From: Eledone cirrhosa
Taxonomy: Eukaryota
NCBI GenBank assembly: GCA_964016885.1
Contig: OZ024744.1
Span: 89,962,001 to 90,026,000 of the forward strand
Length of the DNA stretch: 64,000 bases
Direction: 5' to 3'
The notes below the pieces were generated by a model. That model made no database searches. It had not been told where the DNA came from and was given only the letters and a program-made list of their open reading frames with translations. The translations under genes were made by a program, and so were the position numbers. Each line of letters begins with the position of its first letter. The stretch's first letter is position 1. Of the stretch, positions 1 to 14,559 are shown one piece after another.

Positions 1-1945
1 ACACCACCACAGCCCACACCACCACAGCCCACACCACCACAGCCCACACCACCACAGCCCACACCACCACAGTCCACACCACCACAGCCCAGCCCACCAC
101 AGCCCAGCCCAGCCCACCACAGCCCAGCCCACTCCACTACAGCCCACACCAGAACCACAGCCCACACCACCACAGCCCACACCACCACACCACCACAACA
201 CCATAGCCCACACCACCACAGCCCACACCACCACACCACCACAATACCATAGCCCACACCACCACAGCCCACACCACCACACCACCAGAGCCCAACCCAC
301 ACCACCACACCACCACAGTCCACACCACCACACCACCACACCACCACAGCCCAAACCACAGCCCAACCCACACCACCAAACCAGCACAGCCTACACCACC
401 ACACCACCACACCACCATAGCCCAGCCCACACCACCACAGCCCACAACACCACAGCCCACAACACCACAGCCCACACCACCACAGCCCACACCACCACAG
501 CCCAGCCCACACCACCACAGCCAGCCCACACCACCACACCACCACAGCCCACACCACCACAGCCCACACCACCACAGCCCACACCACCACAGCCCACACC
601 ACCACACCATCACACCACCACAGCCAGCCCACACCACCACAGCCTACACCACCACAGCCCAGCCCACCACACCATCACACCACCACAGCCAGCCCACACC
701 ACCACAGCCCACACCACCACACCATCACACCACCACAGCCAGCCCACACCACCACAGCCCACACCACCACAGCCCAGCCCACTACAGCCCAGACCACCAC
801 AGCCCACACCACCACAGCCCACAACACCACAGCCCACACCACCACAACCCACACCACCACAGCCCACACCACCACAGCCCACAACACCACAGCCCACAAC
901 ACCACAGCCCACACCACCACAGCCCACACCACCACAGCCCACACCACCACAGCCCACAACACCACAGCCCACACCACCACAGCCTACACCACCACAGCCC
1001 ATACCACCACACCACCACAGCCCACAACACCACAGCCCACACCACCACAGCCCACACCACCACAGCCCACACCACCACAGCCCACACCACCACAGCCCAC
1101 AACACCACAGCCCACAACACCACAGCCCACACCACCACAGCCTACACCACCACAGCCCATACCACCACACCACCACAGCCCACAACACCACAGCCCACAC
1201 CACCACAGCCCACACCACCACAGCCCACACCACCACAGCCCACAACACCACAGCCCACAACACCACAGCCCACACCACCACAGCCCACACCACCACAGCC
1301 CACAACACCACAGCCCACAACACCACAGCCCACACCACCACAGCCCACACCACCACAGCCCACAACACCACAGCCCACACCACCACAGCCCACACCACCA
1401 CAGCCCACACCACCACAGCCCACACCACCACAGCCCACAACACCACAGCCCACAACACCACAGCCCACAACACCACAGCCCACGCCACCACAGCCCAGCC
1501 CACACCACCACAGCCCACATCACCAACACAGCCCACACCACCACACCACCACAGTCCACACCACCACACCACCACAGCCCACAACACCACAGCCCACACC
1601 ACCACAGCCCACAACACCACAGCCCACGCCACCACAGCCCACGCCACCACAGCCCAGCCCACACCACCACAGCCCACACCACCACCACAGCCCACACCAC
1701 CACATCACCACAGCCCACAACACCACAGCCCACACCACCACAGCCCACACCACCACATCCCACACCACCACAGCCCACACCACCGCATCCCAGACCACCA
1801 CAGCCCACAACACCACAGCCCACAACACCACAGCCCACGCCACCACAGCCCAGCCCACACCACCACAGCCCACACCACCACCACAGCCCACACCACCACA
1901 CCACCGTAGTCCACATCACCACAGCCCACACCTCCACACACCACA
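1..1945. repeat. 15-bp minisatellite (ACACCACCACAGCCC)n
   Basis: Direct inspection; runs off the window start. Confidence 0.97.
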
Positions 1946-1954
1946 GACAAACAC

Positions 1955-2468
1955 TGGCGGTTTCATTTGTCAGATGACATCCTCTGGTCTACCGACACAT
2001 GCTGAAGGTTTCATCTGTCAGATGACATCTGGTATACAGACATACTGAAGGTTTCGTCTGAAAGATGACATCCTCTGTTCTACAGACACATACTGGACGT
2101 TTCATCTGTCAGATGACATCCTCTGTTTTACAGACACATACTGAGGGTTTCATCTGTCAGATGACATCTTCTGGTCTACAGATATACAAAGGTTTCATCT
2201 ATCAGATGACATCCTCTGGTCTACAGACACATACCGAAGGTTTCATCTGTCAGATGACATCCTCTGGTTTACCGATACACACTCAAGGTTTCATCTCTCA
2301 GATGACATATAGTCTACAGTCACACACTAATGGTTTCATCTGTCAGATGACATCTGGTCTACAGACACACGCTAAAAATTATATCTGTTAGATAAGATCT
2401 GGTCTACAGTCACATACTGACGGTTTCTTCTGTCAGATAACATCCTCTGGTCTAGGAACACACACTGA
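1955..2468. repeat. ~48-bp minisatellite, about 11 units
   Basis: Unit GGTTTCATCTGTCAGATGACATCCTCTGGTCTACAGACACATACTGAA with some 45-bp variants. Confidence 0.93.
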
Positions 2469-2469
2469 C

Positions 2470-2700
2470 TATTCACTTTAGCCATGCTCAAAATTCTTTC
2501 CTTTCTTTCTTTAATTGACCTGAGTAGCAGCACTTCTTTCCAAGTCTATGACGATCTGTCCAACGAGGTAAATGTCTGTTATTGTCATTTCTATCACCTT
2601 TATCAGGGAACCTCTTTCACCATTACCACGAGACAGACAAAAAATGCCAGCTCTTCTCATCTAGAGAAAGGCGGTAAGATGATGTTAAACCTGAACAAGA
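2470..2700 (-). mobile_element. Very degenerate Tx1-like ORF2 3' fragment
   Basis: Reverse complement resembles 47420-47665 (TTTTT.TCTGTCT.GTGG..ATGG.GAAAGAG; ATGGC...AGTGAAT). Confidence 0.55.
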
Positions 2701-3339
2701 TCTATCATACACGCGTTAACAACTGTTCAACAAATGTCCACAAATCTAGAGAAAGGTAAACTCAATTATATTGACCCCAGTATTAATATCAGCGTAGGAT
2801 GGTCAAAACTCTGTTGAATCTAAGTCAACAAAAAGGAAAACTAACTCATGCATCAAAAATGGGGGTCCACTACACAATCCACAACATGCGAGAAATAGCA
2901 GCTATAACTTCTTCAGCTCATATTTTGCTGCAATGTTCAAAGAGAAAGGACACTTTCAATAATATATGCCTATATTACGTTTCAATACCTTACAAAAAAA
3001 ATGTTGAAAGTCTCAACTAGGGCATATTTATTAAAGTGGTTGTGGATGAATGCTGTGTGTGGACTAAACAATAAAACTATCATAACTTATACGCATAAAT
3101 AAGAGGCGAGGGAAAGCACAACTAGCCGTTGCATGTGTACTATATAAGCCCCTTACAATTCAACAGAAAAGAAAATTAACATAACCCAGACAATAAACAA
3201 TAAACCCGATGATAATAATTTCGCACGGTCGACTTTCATTAGTGGCAATTTACAATATTATATATTGCATATTTATGCACGCCCACATATTTATATAAAG
3301 TTTTGTTTTTCCTCGAATATTGTATAAACGTATAATCAT

Positions 3340-3580
3340 GACCCTCGCCTTTCATCCTTACGGGGTCGATAAAATAAAGTACCAGTTAATACGCTGGGAT
3401 AATACTGGCCCTGTGCCACAAGTAGAAACAATTATTAATATAATTGTTTCTACTTTTAGCACAAGGCCAGCAATTACCCAGTATATTACTGGTACTTTAT
3501 TTTATCGACTCCGTAAGGATGAAAGGCAAAGTTAACCTCGGCGGGATTTGAACTCAGATCGTAAAGGGACGTAACTATGC
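3340..3580. mobile_element. Tail-to-tail pair of partial SINEs
   Basis: Plus copy ~3340-3435 and minus copy ~3445-3580. Confidence 0.85.
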
Positions 3581-3599
3581 TGGATTATTAATATAATAT

Positions 3600-4375
3600 T
3601 TGGCGTTCTATAGAGGTTTAGTGGGGGGTCGCCGAAAATCAACTAGCCACTCTTTTCCACTGGACTTTCGGTCTAGGGCCAAAGGATAACTTCCAGAATT
3701 CCCTGGTCTGGCAGCCATACCGAGGAGCTTTGCCAGTTCGAGATAAACTCCACAGGCATCAAAGTGCCATCGGTCGAGCCTGTCCGAGATACGCGCGAGG
3801 CGACATAACCGTCCTGCACGCACTCATTGAGTGTCCGAGTGTTGCTGATTTAGGGGTTTATGACGAATACCAGCTGTCACGTGTGGGACACATCAGACTA
3901 TCAACTCAATCCATTGTAAATATCACACAGGCAACTTCCTTTAGAGGGGAAGAACAGATAACTTTTACCTGCCGTGAGGCCATGGCGAAGGGGTTCGTGT
4001 GGTGGACATTTTGAAAGGGTTGAAGACAAGTAATTTCCTCAGTGGAACCCTAATTAACTTTATTCAAGTTTCACCTAAAGGGAAAAATCAGCGGGGAGAG
4101 GTAAATGCTGCCTTCCAACAGTTTGTTGAAAAGTAGGTGAGAAAGGTAAGCTCTGAGTATGCGCCTGTAAATTGGTGGAGGACAGCTAAGGAAGGGTACT
4201 TACCCTAGCGGTCAAGGTTATCGGGGATTTCTTTTAGGACTTTTTCCACGAGAGTCCCTCGGAGGTATCCCCACTTTTAGGGACTTTGTTATGTTTAATT
4301 TTTTTAATTTTTAATTTTTTAATTCTTGTAGACTTTTCTTTCACATAAAAAAAACTCACACTGTATCGTCCTACC
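3600..4375 (+). mobile_element. Degenerate Tx1-like 3' fragment
   Basis: PVRDKL..ACPR..LHALIEC..WWT plus 3' UTR similarity. Confidence 0.85.
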
Positions 4376-4391
4376 GTTATTATTATCCTCG

Positions 4392-4720
4392 TGAATTGGC
4401 AGTATCGGTAGAGGGTCGGATGCCATAGTTACGAACCTTTACGGTCTAAGTTCAAATCACGTCGAGGTTAACTTTGCCTTTCATCCTTACGGGGTCGATA
4501 AAAAAAAAGCACCAACAGTAGAAACATTATTATTATTGGATTGGCAGTATCGGTGGAGGGTCGGCGACATGCTTTCCAACATAGAGTTATATCCCTTTAC
4601 GGTCTGTGTTCAAATCCTGCTGAGGTTAACTTTGCCTTTCATCCTTACGGGGTCGACAAAATAAAGTACCAGTAATGCACTGGGATAATTGCTGGCCTTG
4701 TGCCAAAAAGTAGAAACAAT
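4392..4720 (+). mobile_element. Two tandem copies of the same SINE
   Basis: Copies at ~4392-4530 (deleted tail) and ~4537-4720. Confidence 0.85.
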
Positions 4721-5658
4721 TATATATTAATACGTTTGTACCTACGTACCGTACGTCCGACCGTGTGTGTTACGCTTTCAGTAATTACATAGTAATTTAT
4801 ATCCTGTTGAAAAATCCGTATCATACATGCAATAATTTGATGTAATGCCTTGCGCCGAATATTTTCTTTCATTGTCTTATCATTCACCGCCCAAGAACGA
4901 CTTCAACTCCCAACAGAAGAAATTATATATTTTATATTACTGTCGTGAGGTAAATTGAAAATTGATAATACACTCTATTTTTACCTCCGCCAAATAGTCA
5001 GTTAGTTTGTTTTTTTGTTTTTTTGTTACAAGTTTTTATTTATGACAAACATCATCTCTAACCACTTTCTTATACCAGCTAGGTGTTCTTCATAATTACT
5101 GAAACAACCATTCTTAAAAATGGAAAATAGAATAAGTCAACAAAGAGAGGCAGCGAGAGAGCGACAAATAAGACGACGACAACGGTTTCGAGCAGAAGAG
5201 AGGCAAGCAATCCGTAACGGTAATCGAGAACAAATGCAAGAAAGGGGGAATGATATGAGCCAAGAGGAGAGAGAAGCTTATCTACAGAATAGAAGAAACG
5301 TAGATCATGATAGAAGAAATAACATGAATCCAGAGGAGAGAGAGACTTATCTACAGAATAATAGAAACAGAGTTCAAGAGCGAAGAAATGACGTGAATCC
5401 AGAAGAGAGAGAAACTTATCTCGAGAATATGAGACACAGAGATCAGGAGAGAAGAAATGAGATGAATCCAGAGGAGAGAGAATTTTATCTAGAGAATATG
5501 AGAAACAGTTCAACAGCGACGAAATGCCATAAGGAAAATATAATTGTTTATTCACCAAAATACTGCAAATCAAACAACTTTGATTAACTGATAAATATTC
5601 ATTGGACAACATTTAAATTTCAAAAATTATTCGTGAATTTTTTCACGGGTCCAGCTAG
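4720..5658 (+). mobile_element. Internally deleted Helitron carrying an STPR-like repeat ORF (5120-5587)
   Basis: 3' hairpin CGTGAA/TTCACG (5632-5647) then CTAG|T (5655-5658). ORF has 23-aa repeats (MNPEERETYLQNNRNRVQERRND). 5' end not resolved. Confidence 0.7.
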
Positions 5659-5664
5659 TTATTA

Positions 5665-5945
5665 TTATTGTTGTTTCTTCGCTCAGCTTTTAACGCTGGA
5701 GATGTATTACAGGGTAACACCCCTTATTTTTCGAGTTTCCTCCGGAGTATTCGAGCTGTTCTAAAGCAATGCTGTTTTTTGTAAGTATTCCACCGCATTG
5801 CAATCCCTATTTGTTTCATGTACTTCTCTCTACTCACTGTTCCCAAGACTCCAACTATTATTGGTATTATCACTACCTTTCTTCAGTGACCACAACTGCT
5901 TAACCTCCCAAGCTAACCTGTCATATCTATCAAATTGTTTTCTTT
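5665..5945 (-). mobile_element. Degenerate 3' fragment of another R4/Dong-like LINE
   Basis: Minus strand reads RYDRLAWEVKQLWSL..IIPIIVGVLGTVS..LQKTALL, similar to the RLE C-terminus at 48086. Confidence 0.75.
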
Positions 5946-6006
5946 CTTTGTTTTTTTAAACATTGTTAAAATTTAAAATTTTGTTTACACGCAAAACTTA
6001 CACACC

Positions 6007-6061
<55 letters not shown>

Positions 6062-7826
6062 TATGTTTTCGTCCTGGACTTCATAGCCTATCTCGACGGC
6101 ACGGCCTTGCAGCAGCTGTCGGCGTCGGAAGCGGAGTGTTGTGAAAAGCCAATAACAACCGCTGAAATACAAATTAGATTACAAACCAAAGAAATTAGAG
6201 ACGTTGAGGGCATCCCACGTGAACATGGAAGATGTATGTCGACTTATGTTGACGACGTCACAGTAGTAGTGTCGAACACCAAAAACATTAAGGTGATCTA
6301 CACTGCTCTAAGGGAATGTGAAGCGTTGGCGGGAGCAAATATCAACCAGGAAAAGTCCGTGGGCCTGCAGCTCAGCAGATAGAAGTATCGTCGGACGCTG
6401 GACGGATGGGCCGGTTAAATTGTGCGGGGTCAGGTTTGGTCCTGACATCCAGATGGAGAGAAACTGGGACGAAGTGACAAACAGAGTGGCCAATCTCACC
6501 CAGAAATAGGCCGAGAGAAAGCTGTCCCTAAAAGGTAGGGTAAAGGTGGTGAACACATTCATCGCGTCCGTCATCTACAACCGTTTGACCGTTGTACCTT
6601 GTCCTAAACCCCGTCTAACTGCACTGGAGCGTTTTCTTTTCCACTTCTTGTAGAAGGGTCGCGTTCCGATGGCCAGGCTGTTAATACCCGCTGCCTGGAA
6701 GACTGGGAATGCCGCGGCTGATAATGCGCAGACACCTTCATCTTTTCTTTAATGGTGAGCAGGTGTGGTCCCCGTTCACCAAATGCATGTTCCCATAGCT
6801 CGTATCGAGACCGAGGGAGAGCGTTTGGAAACTAGAATGACTCCAGACGCTAACAGCCCTACAATAATCAGGCAATATGATCGGTGGAAACTCCACCTTG
6901 GCGTTCTATAGAGGGTTAGTGCCGGATGAAAGCGACGACGTTCTTGGAAAACACTAAACATCTACGAAAATCAACTAACCACTCTTTTCGGGAGGAATTT
7001 CGGTCCAGGGCCCATGGATAATTTCCAGAAATCCCTGACCTGGCAGTACTACAGAGGAGTTTTGTCAGTTCTAAATAAATTCTACAGGCGTGGAAGTCCC
7101 GTCAGCCGGGCCTGTCCGAGTTGCGCGCAGGGCGACGAAACCGTCGCGCACACAATTGTCCAGTGTCCGAGCATTGCTGACTTGTGAGTTTATGTCGAAC
7201 ACTTGCTGTCTCGTGTAGAACAAATTCGGTTATCGACCGAGTCCATTGCAAAAGATTGTCCCGCCGCCTTCTTTTAGTCAAGAAGGGCAGGCCATTTTTA
7301 TATGTCTTTGGCCAGGGCGAAAGAGGTTGTATTGTGGACACTCTTGAAAGGTTTGAAGACGAACACTTTCCTCATTTGGGAAGCCCTGATTAACTTCTTC
7401 GGTTTTCACTTGAGGAAGAAAATCGGGGTTGCAAGGGAAGTGCTGTCTTCAAGACAATTTGTTGAAAGGTGGGTGAGAGAGAGACGAACATGGCACCCCG
7501 AGTGAATGGGCCCGGTCTGAGTGTAAGCCTGTAGATTGAAGGAGTACAATTAGGACAGAACACTTACCTTAGAGAGTTGGGCATCCGTGGTTTTATTGAG
7601 GAAATTTCTTGTTTTGATTTTATTGTTATCTTCTTTTTTTAAAACATTGTTAAAATTTGTTTACACGTAAAACCCACACACGAACACACACCAATATACA
7701 CACACACATACCAACATACACACACACACACACATACCATCACACACAAACGCACCCCAACATACACACACGCACCAACATACACACACACACACACCAA
7801 CATACACACACACACCAACATACACG

Positions 7827-7857
<31 letters not shown>

Positions 7858-10800
7858 CAACATACACACACACACACACCAACATACACATACACACACA
7901 CACACCAACATACACGCACACACACCAACATACACACACACACACACCAACATACACATACACACACACACACCAACATACATGCACACACACCAACATA
8001 CACACAGACACACACACATACACCAACAAACACATACACACACACACACACCCCAACATACACACACACACACGCCAACATACACAAACACACACACCCC
8101 AACATACACATACACACACACACCCCAACATACACATACACACACACCCCAACATACACACACACACACACCAACATACACACACACCCCAACATACACA
8201 TACACACACACACACCCCAACATACACATACACACACACACTCCAACATACACACACATACACACACACCAAACCACACACACACACACACCAACATTCA
8301 CACACACACACTCACCCCAACATACACATACACACACACACCACAACATACACACACACCCCAACATACACATACACACACATATCTCAACATACACACA
8401 CACACCCCAGCATACACATACCTCCCCCCAACATACACACACACACCAACACACATACACACACACACACACCAACATACACATATATACACACACACAC
8501 ACCAACATACACATACATACACACACCCCAACATACACACACACACACACCAACAGACACACACACACACGCCCCAACATAGACATACACACACACCAAC
8601 ATACACACATACACACACACGCCCCAACATACACATACACACACGCACACCCCAACATACACATACACACACATACACCCCAACATACACATACACACAC
8701 ACCAACATACACACACACACACACCAACATACACACACACCCCAACATACACACACACACCACAACATACAGCCCCCCAATACACACACACACACCCCAA
8801 CATACACACACACACCCAAACATACACACACACACGCACACCAACATACACACATACACACACACCCCAACAAACACACTAACACACCCAACATACACAT
8901 ACACACACACACAGACCCAACATACACATACACACACACACACCCCAACATACACACACACCAACATACACATACACCAACATACACACACACACACACA
9001 CCAACATACACATACAAACACACACCCCAACATACACACACACCAACACACACACACACACACACACACACACCAACACGCGCACACACACACACCAACA
9101 CACACACACCAACACACACACACACACCAACACACGCACACACACACACCAACACACACACCCCAACATGCACCCCCCCCAACACACACACACCCCAACA
9201 TACACAGACACACACACCCCAACATACACACACACACACACCAACACACACACACACTCATACACACACACACCAACATACACACATACACACACCAACA
9301 CACACACACACCAACACACATACACACACACGAACATACACATATACACACACACACACCTCAACATACACATACACACACACACTTCAACATACACACA
9401 CATACCAACATACACACACACACACCCCAACATACACATACACACACACACTCGAACATACACACACACACACACCAACATACACACATACACTCACACA
9501 CGCCCCAACATACACATACACACACGCACACCCCAACATACACATACACACACATACACCCCAACATACACATACACACACATACACCAACATACACACA
9601 CACACCCCAATACACACACACATACCAACATACACACACACACACACCCCAACATACACCACCCCCAACATACACACACACCTCAACATACACACATCCA
9701 AACATACGCACACACACGCACACCCCTACATACACACATACACTAACACACACACCAACATACACACTAACACACCCCAACATACACACACACCAACATA
9801 CACATACACACACACACCCACCATACACACACAGACGCACACCCCAACATACACATACACACACACACACACAAACATACACACACACACACCACAACAT
9901 ACACACACACACTCGCCCCAACATACACATACACACCCCAACATACACACACACCAACACACACACACACACACACCAACACACACAAACACACCAACAC
10001 ACACACACACTCCAACATACATACACACACAAATACACACTTACACACACCCCAACACACACACACACACGCACACACACCAAAATACACACACACAACC
10101 CAACACACACACACTTACACACACCAACACGCCCCAACATACACGCACACACACCAACACACACACAAACATACACACACACACACACCAACATACACAC
10201 ACACACACCCCAACATACACACACACATACACACACACATACACGCACACACAATAACACACACACACACCCAAACATACACCCCCCCCCCAACATACAC
10301 CCCCCCCCCCAACATACACACACACACACTAACACACACACATACCAACATATACACACACACACACCAACATACACACACACACCAACATACACACACA
10401 CAGACACACACACCAACACACACACACACTGACATACACACCAACATACACACACACACACCAACATACACATATACACACTCCAATACACACACACACA
10501 CACCAACATACACACACACACACCAACAATACACATACACCCTTCCGCCCCCCGCCAACATACACATACATACACACACACCAACATACACACACACATA
10601 CCAACACACACACCAACATACACATACACACACACCAACACACACACACACACACACACTCACACACCCACACACCAACATACACACACACACCCCAAAA
10701 TACACACATACACACACACACCCCAACATACACCAACACACAGACACACACCCCAACATACACACACACCAACATACACACACACACACGCCAACACACA

Positions 10801-11116
10801 CACACACTCACACACACACCAACATACACACATACTCCAACATACACACATACACACACCAATACACACACACACACACCAACATACACACACACACACC
10901 AACAATACACATACATCCTTCCGACCCCCGCCAACATACACATACATACACACACACCAACATACACACACACATACCAACACACACACACACACACCAA
11001 CATACACATACACACACCCCAACATACACACACACACACACACACACACCCCAACATACATACACACACACACACACACATACACACACACACACACCAA
11101 CACACACACACACACC

Positions 11117-11150
<34 letters not shown>

Positions 11151-11313
11151 AACACACACACACCAACACACACCAACACACTATCTTTTCGTACTATACT
11201 GTCATAATTGTTTCTACTTTAGGCACAAGGCCAGCAATTACTCAGTGCATTACTGGTACTATACTGTCATAATGTTTTTCTTGATGTAAACACTTTGTGG
11301 TTAATAAAGAAAT
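6062..11313 (+). mobile_element. Degenerate Tx1-like copy whose 3' UTR is split by the CA-rich array
   Basis: ORF2 remnants 6075-7535, 3' UTR to ~7675, resuming at ~11181 and ending GGTTAATAAAGAAATC at ~11313. Confidence 0.8.
7675..11181. repeat. 3.5 kb compound (CA)n / CCAACATACACA array
   Basis: Direct inspection. Confidence 0.97.
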
Positions 11314-11329
11314 CACTATTTATCATTAC

Positions 11330-11605
11330 TATTGGCACAAGGCCAGCAATTTCGGGGGGAGGGGAAAGTCGCTTAAATCGACATTCAGTATATTACTGGT
11401 ACTTTTATTTTATCGACACCCCCCCCCCCGTAAGGATGAAAGGCAAAGTTCAAATCCTGCCGGGGTTAACTTTGCTTTTCATCCTTACGGGGGGTGGGGG
11501 TGGGGTCGATAAAATAAAAGTACCAGTAATACACTAGTTTCGATTAAATTATCGTCTTTCATCCACCACCCGAAATTGCTGGCCTTGTGCCTATATAAGA
11601 AACAA
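11330..11605. mobile_element. Head-to-head pair of partial SINEs (longer variant)
   Basis: Minus copy ~11330-11448 and plus copy ~11448-11605, both with an expanded G run in the core. Confidence 0.8.
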
Positions 11606-11730
11606 TCCTTACTATTGTTATTCTCATCATCATCATCATCATCATCATCCGTTTATTTAAAGTAACTCTTTCAGGGTAAAACAAACATTCCTGGGAACAA
11701 AGTAGGGAAATCACGAAAACCACTGCATGT

Positions 11731-11732
<2 letters not shown>

Positions 11733-11798
<66 letters not shown>

Positions 11799-11808
11799 TA
11801 TATATAAT

Positions 11809-11896
<88 letters not shown>

Positions 11897-12040
11897 TAAA
11901 CAGAAATAACAACACAATCGGTACGGTATATGGAAGGCATATATATTTCGTAACATAATTGATATGGAAGTTAAACCGGTTTTTCAGAGTTATTATATAT
12001 GTGTGTGTTCGTCTGTGTGCGTATATGTGTATATGGATGG

Positions 12041-12075
<35 letters not shown>

Positions 12076-12083
12076 ATATATAT

Positions 12084-12171
<88 letters not shown>

Positions 12172-12190
12172 ATATACATATATATATAAA

Positions 12191-12221
<31 letters not shown>

Positions 12222-12261
12222 GCGCGCGTGTGTGTGTGTGTGTGTGCGCGTGCGTGTGTGC

Positions 12262-12297
<36 letters not shown>

Positions 12298-12328
12298 GTG
12301 TATGTGTGTGTGTGCGCGCGTGTGTGTG

Positions 12329-12373
<45 letters not shown>

Positions 12374-12789
12374 ATACACATATATATAAACATAGAGAGA
12401 GAGAGAGAGAGAGAGGGGGGGAGGAGAAATACAAAACAATTATATCCACAAAAATTCGCATACATATGTCTATGCGTATACTTATGAAGACAAACATAAG
12501 TATGTATATTGATGCATACATATGTATACACAAACACTTGTGACTATATATATATATACTGAAGAGTTTACTTTTGAAAATTTCATTTCACCAGATCAAA
12601 TTACAGATCAAAACAACACATAAGTTAGATTTTCAAAGCCATAGATAGGCTGATTGATCAATACAGATATTGAAACAAATACTGGCAGGGCAGCAATATA
12701 GTTGTAAGATAGATATAGATCGATATATATATATAGATATAGATCGAAACAGATAGGTTAATAAATATATAGATACGTATATTTATATA

Positions 12790-12827
<38 letters not shown>

Positions 12828-12951
12828 CATATATACATACATACTTTTCAAAAATAAGACATATTTCATTCACAATGTTAAGACAATTAATTTTCACCAG
12901 CGTCCTGACATTGATATTCATGATACCGAATGCTGAAGCTTTAAATGTGAG

Positions 12952-13013
<62 letters not shown>

Positions 13014-13262
13014 CACACATAGACATATACACACGCACACACACATACACATATATATATACACACACACACACACATACACATATACATATACACACAC
13101 ACACACATATATATATATGTACACACACACACACGCATATATATATATATATATATAGGAAAATGTATGACCCCGACGGCAGAGCTCAAGCCGTTTCGAT
13201 GGCTATGCCCTAAGTACTCTGGTGCGTTATGGTCCATTTGGTTCCTTACCACAACTCCTTCG

Positions 13263-13334
<72 letters not shown>

Positions 13335-13335
13335 C
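11733..13335. repeat. Cluster of (AT)n, (GT)n, (CA)n and (GA)n microsatellites
   Basis: Direct inspection. Confidence 0.95.
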
Positions 13336-13462
13336 CTACCAACTCTCTCTCACACTTTTTTTTCCCCTCCATAAAAACATACGAGAATCTTGCTATGAAT
13401 GTTTTAAGCTGTGATGTAATCACAGCTATTTCAATAATATTGCTCTAATATACATCTCTCTC

Positions 13463-13519
<57 letters not shown>

Positions 13520-13661
13520 TTTTCTATAAGATGTTTTATATGTATGTCATTTGCTTTGTTATTTCTGTTTGCCTTTTTGCATATCAATTTTTTTTCTCAT
13601 TTTCCCCGTTCCTTCCTCTCATCCCTCTTTACTTTCCATTTATCTTCTATTACTAACTCTA

Positions 13662-13698
13662 TTTTCTGATGAAGAACTAGGGTCCGAAACGTTAAGAC
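13662..13698 (+). ncRNA. Degenerate minimal hammerhead
   Basis: CUGAUGA A GAAC-uagg-GUCC GAAAC GUUA; stems I and II mismatched. Confidence 0.5.
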
Positions 13699-14078
13699 TC
13701 TCTTCCTATTATTTCAAGTGTTAAATTAATATATTTCTTCCATGTACTGTACCGTTTCTTTTGTTATTACTTTTACATACATACATATATTGCATTGGGA
13801 GATGATTTTTACAGAATGAAACAGAACTGGTTCCGTAAAAGTCACCTATCAATGATATAAAATGTCATACACTTCCTACCTGATGTATTGTGTACCTTAT
13901 TTTAATCGTTTTTCCTCTTCCGTTGTCTAACAACATTCTAATGTGTGCATGCATGTGTATATGTTTCTCTGTGTCTGTGTGCGTGTGTGCGTGCGTGTAT
14001 CTGTGTCTAGGTATATATGAATCTACTTATCTGTTTATTTATATCCACTAATAACTGATCTTTCTTTTTGTATATTCT

Positions 14079-14142
<64 letters not shown>

Positions 14143-14145
<3 letters not shown>

Positions 14146-14339
14146 AACGAGTAGGGCCCCGACGGCTGAGCTCAAGCCTTTCCGACGGTTAATTCTGGAC
14201 TCAGTCCAGAATTAGCCGTCGAAACGGCTTGAGCTCAGCCGTCGGGGTCCTACTCGTTCCTATTACCCACTCTACTACCCAAAGTATTGAGTACTTTGGT
14301 TCGTTATGGTCCATCTGGTTCCTTACCACATTTCCTTCG

Positions 14340-14340
<1 letters not shown>
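14143..14340 (+). mobile_element. Fold-back mini-element containing a hammerhead 3' half (relatives at 13157-13263, 16027-16120, 20278-20450, 21215-21405, 55120-55176)
   Basis: ~120 bp hairpin + ~75 bp tail between (AT)n tracts; GAA ACGGCU-ugagcuc-AGCCGU C| GGGGUC. Confidence 0.75.
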
Positions 14341-14374
<34 letters not shown>

Positions 14375-14559
14375 TACATGGGGAGGGTCATATTTGTGTA
14401 ATATTGCCAGAATTAATAACAGAACACACTCACTGTTTGGTTGGTTTTCGCTTCTCGCTGTCTTTTATATCGGTAATCTAACTTACTCGGTCCTCAATGT
14501 TGCCATTGACTGACCGACGGTCAAAAATAATACAGATACAATATAGACACAAACACATA

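Noticed and set aside
137-1950. Long Cys/Gly/Val/Trp ORFs (and a TPPQP frame on +)
   Set aside because: Products of the 15-bp minisatellite; open in several frames, with no splice or domain evidence.
1955-2468. CRISPR-like appearance of palindromic repeats
   Set aside because: The units are fully tandem with no unique spacers, in eukaryotic context without cas genes.
7639-11181. 500-870 aa His/Thr or Cys/Val ORFs
   Set aside because: Translations of the CA-rich array.
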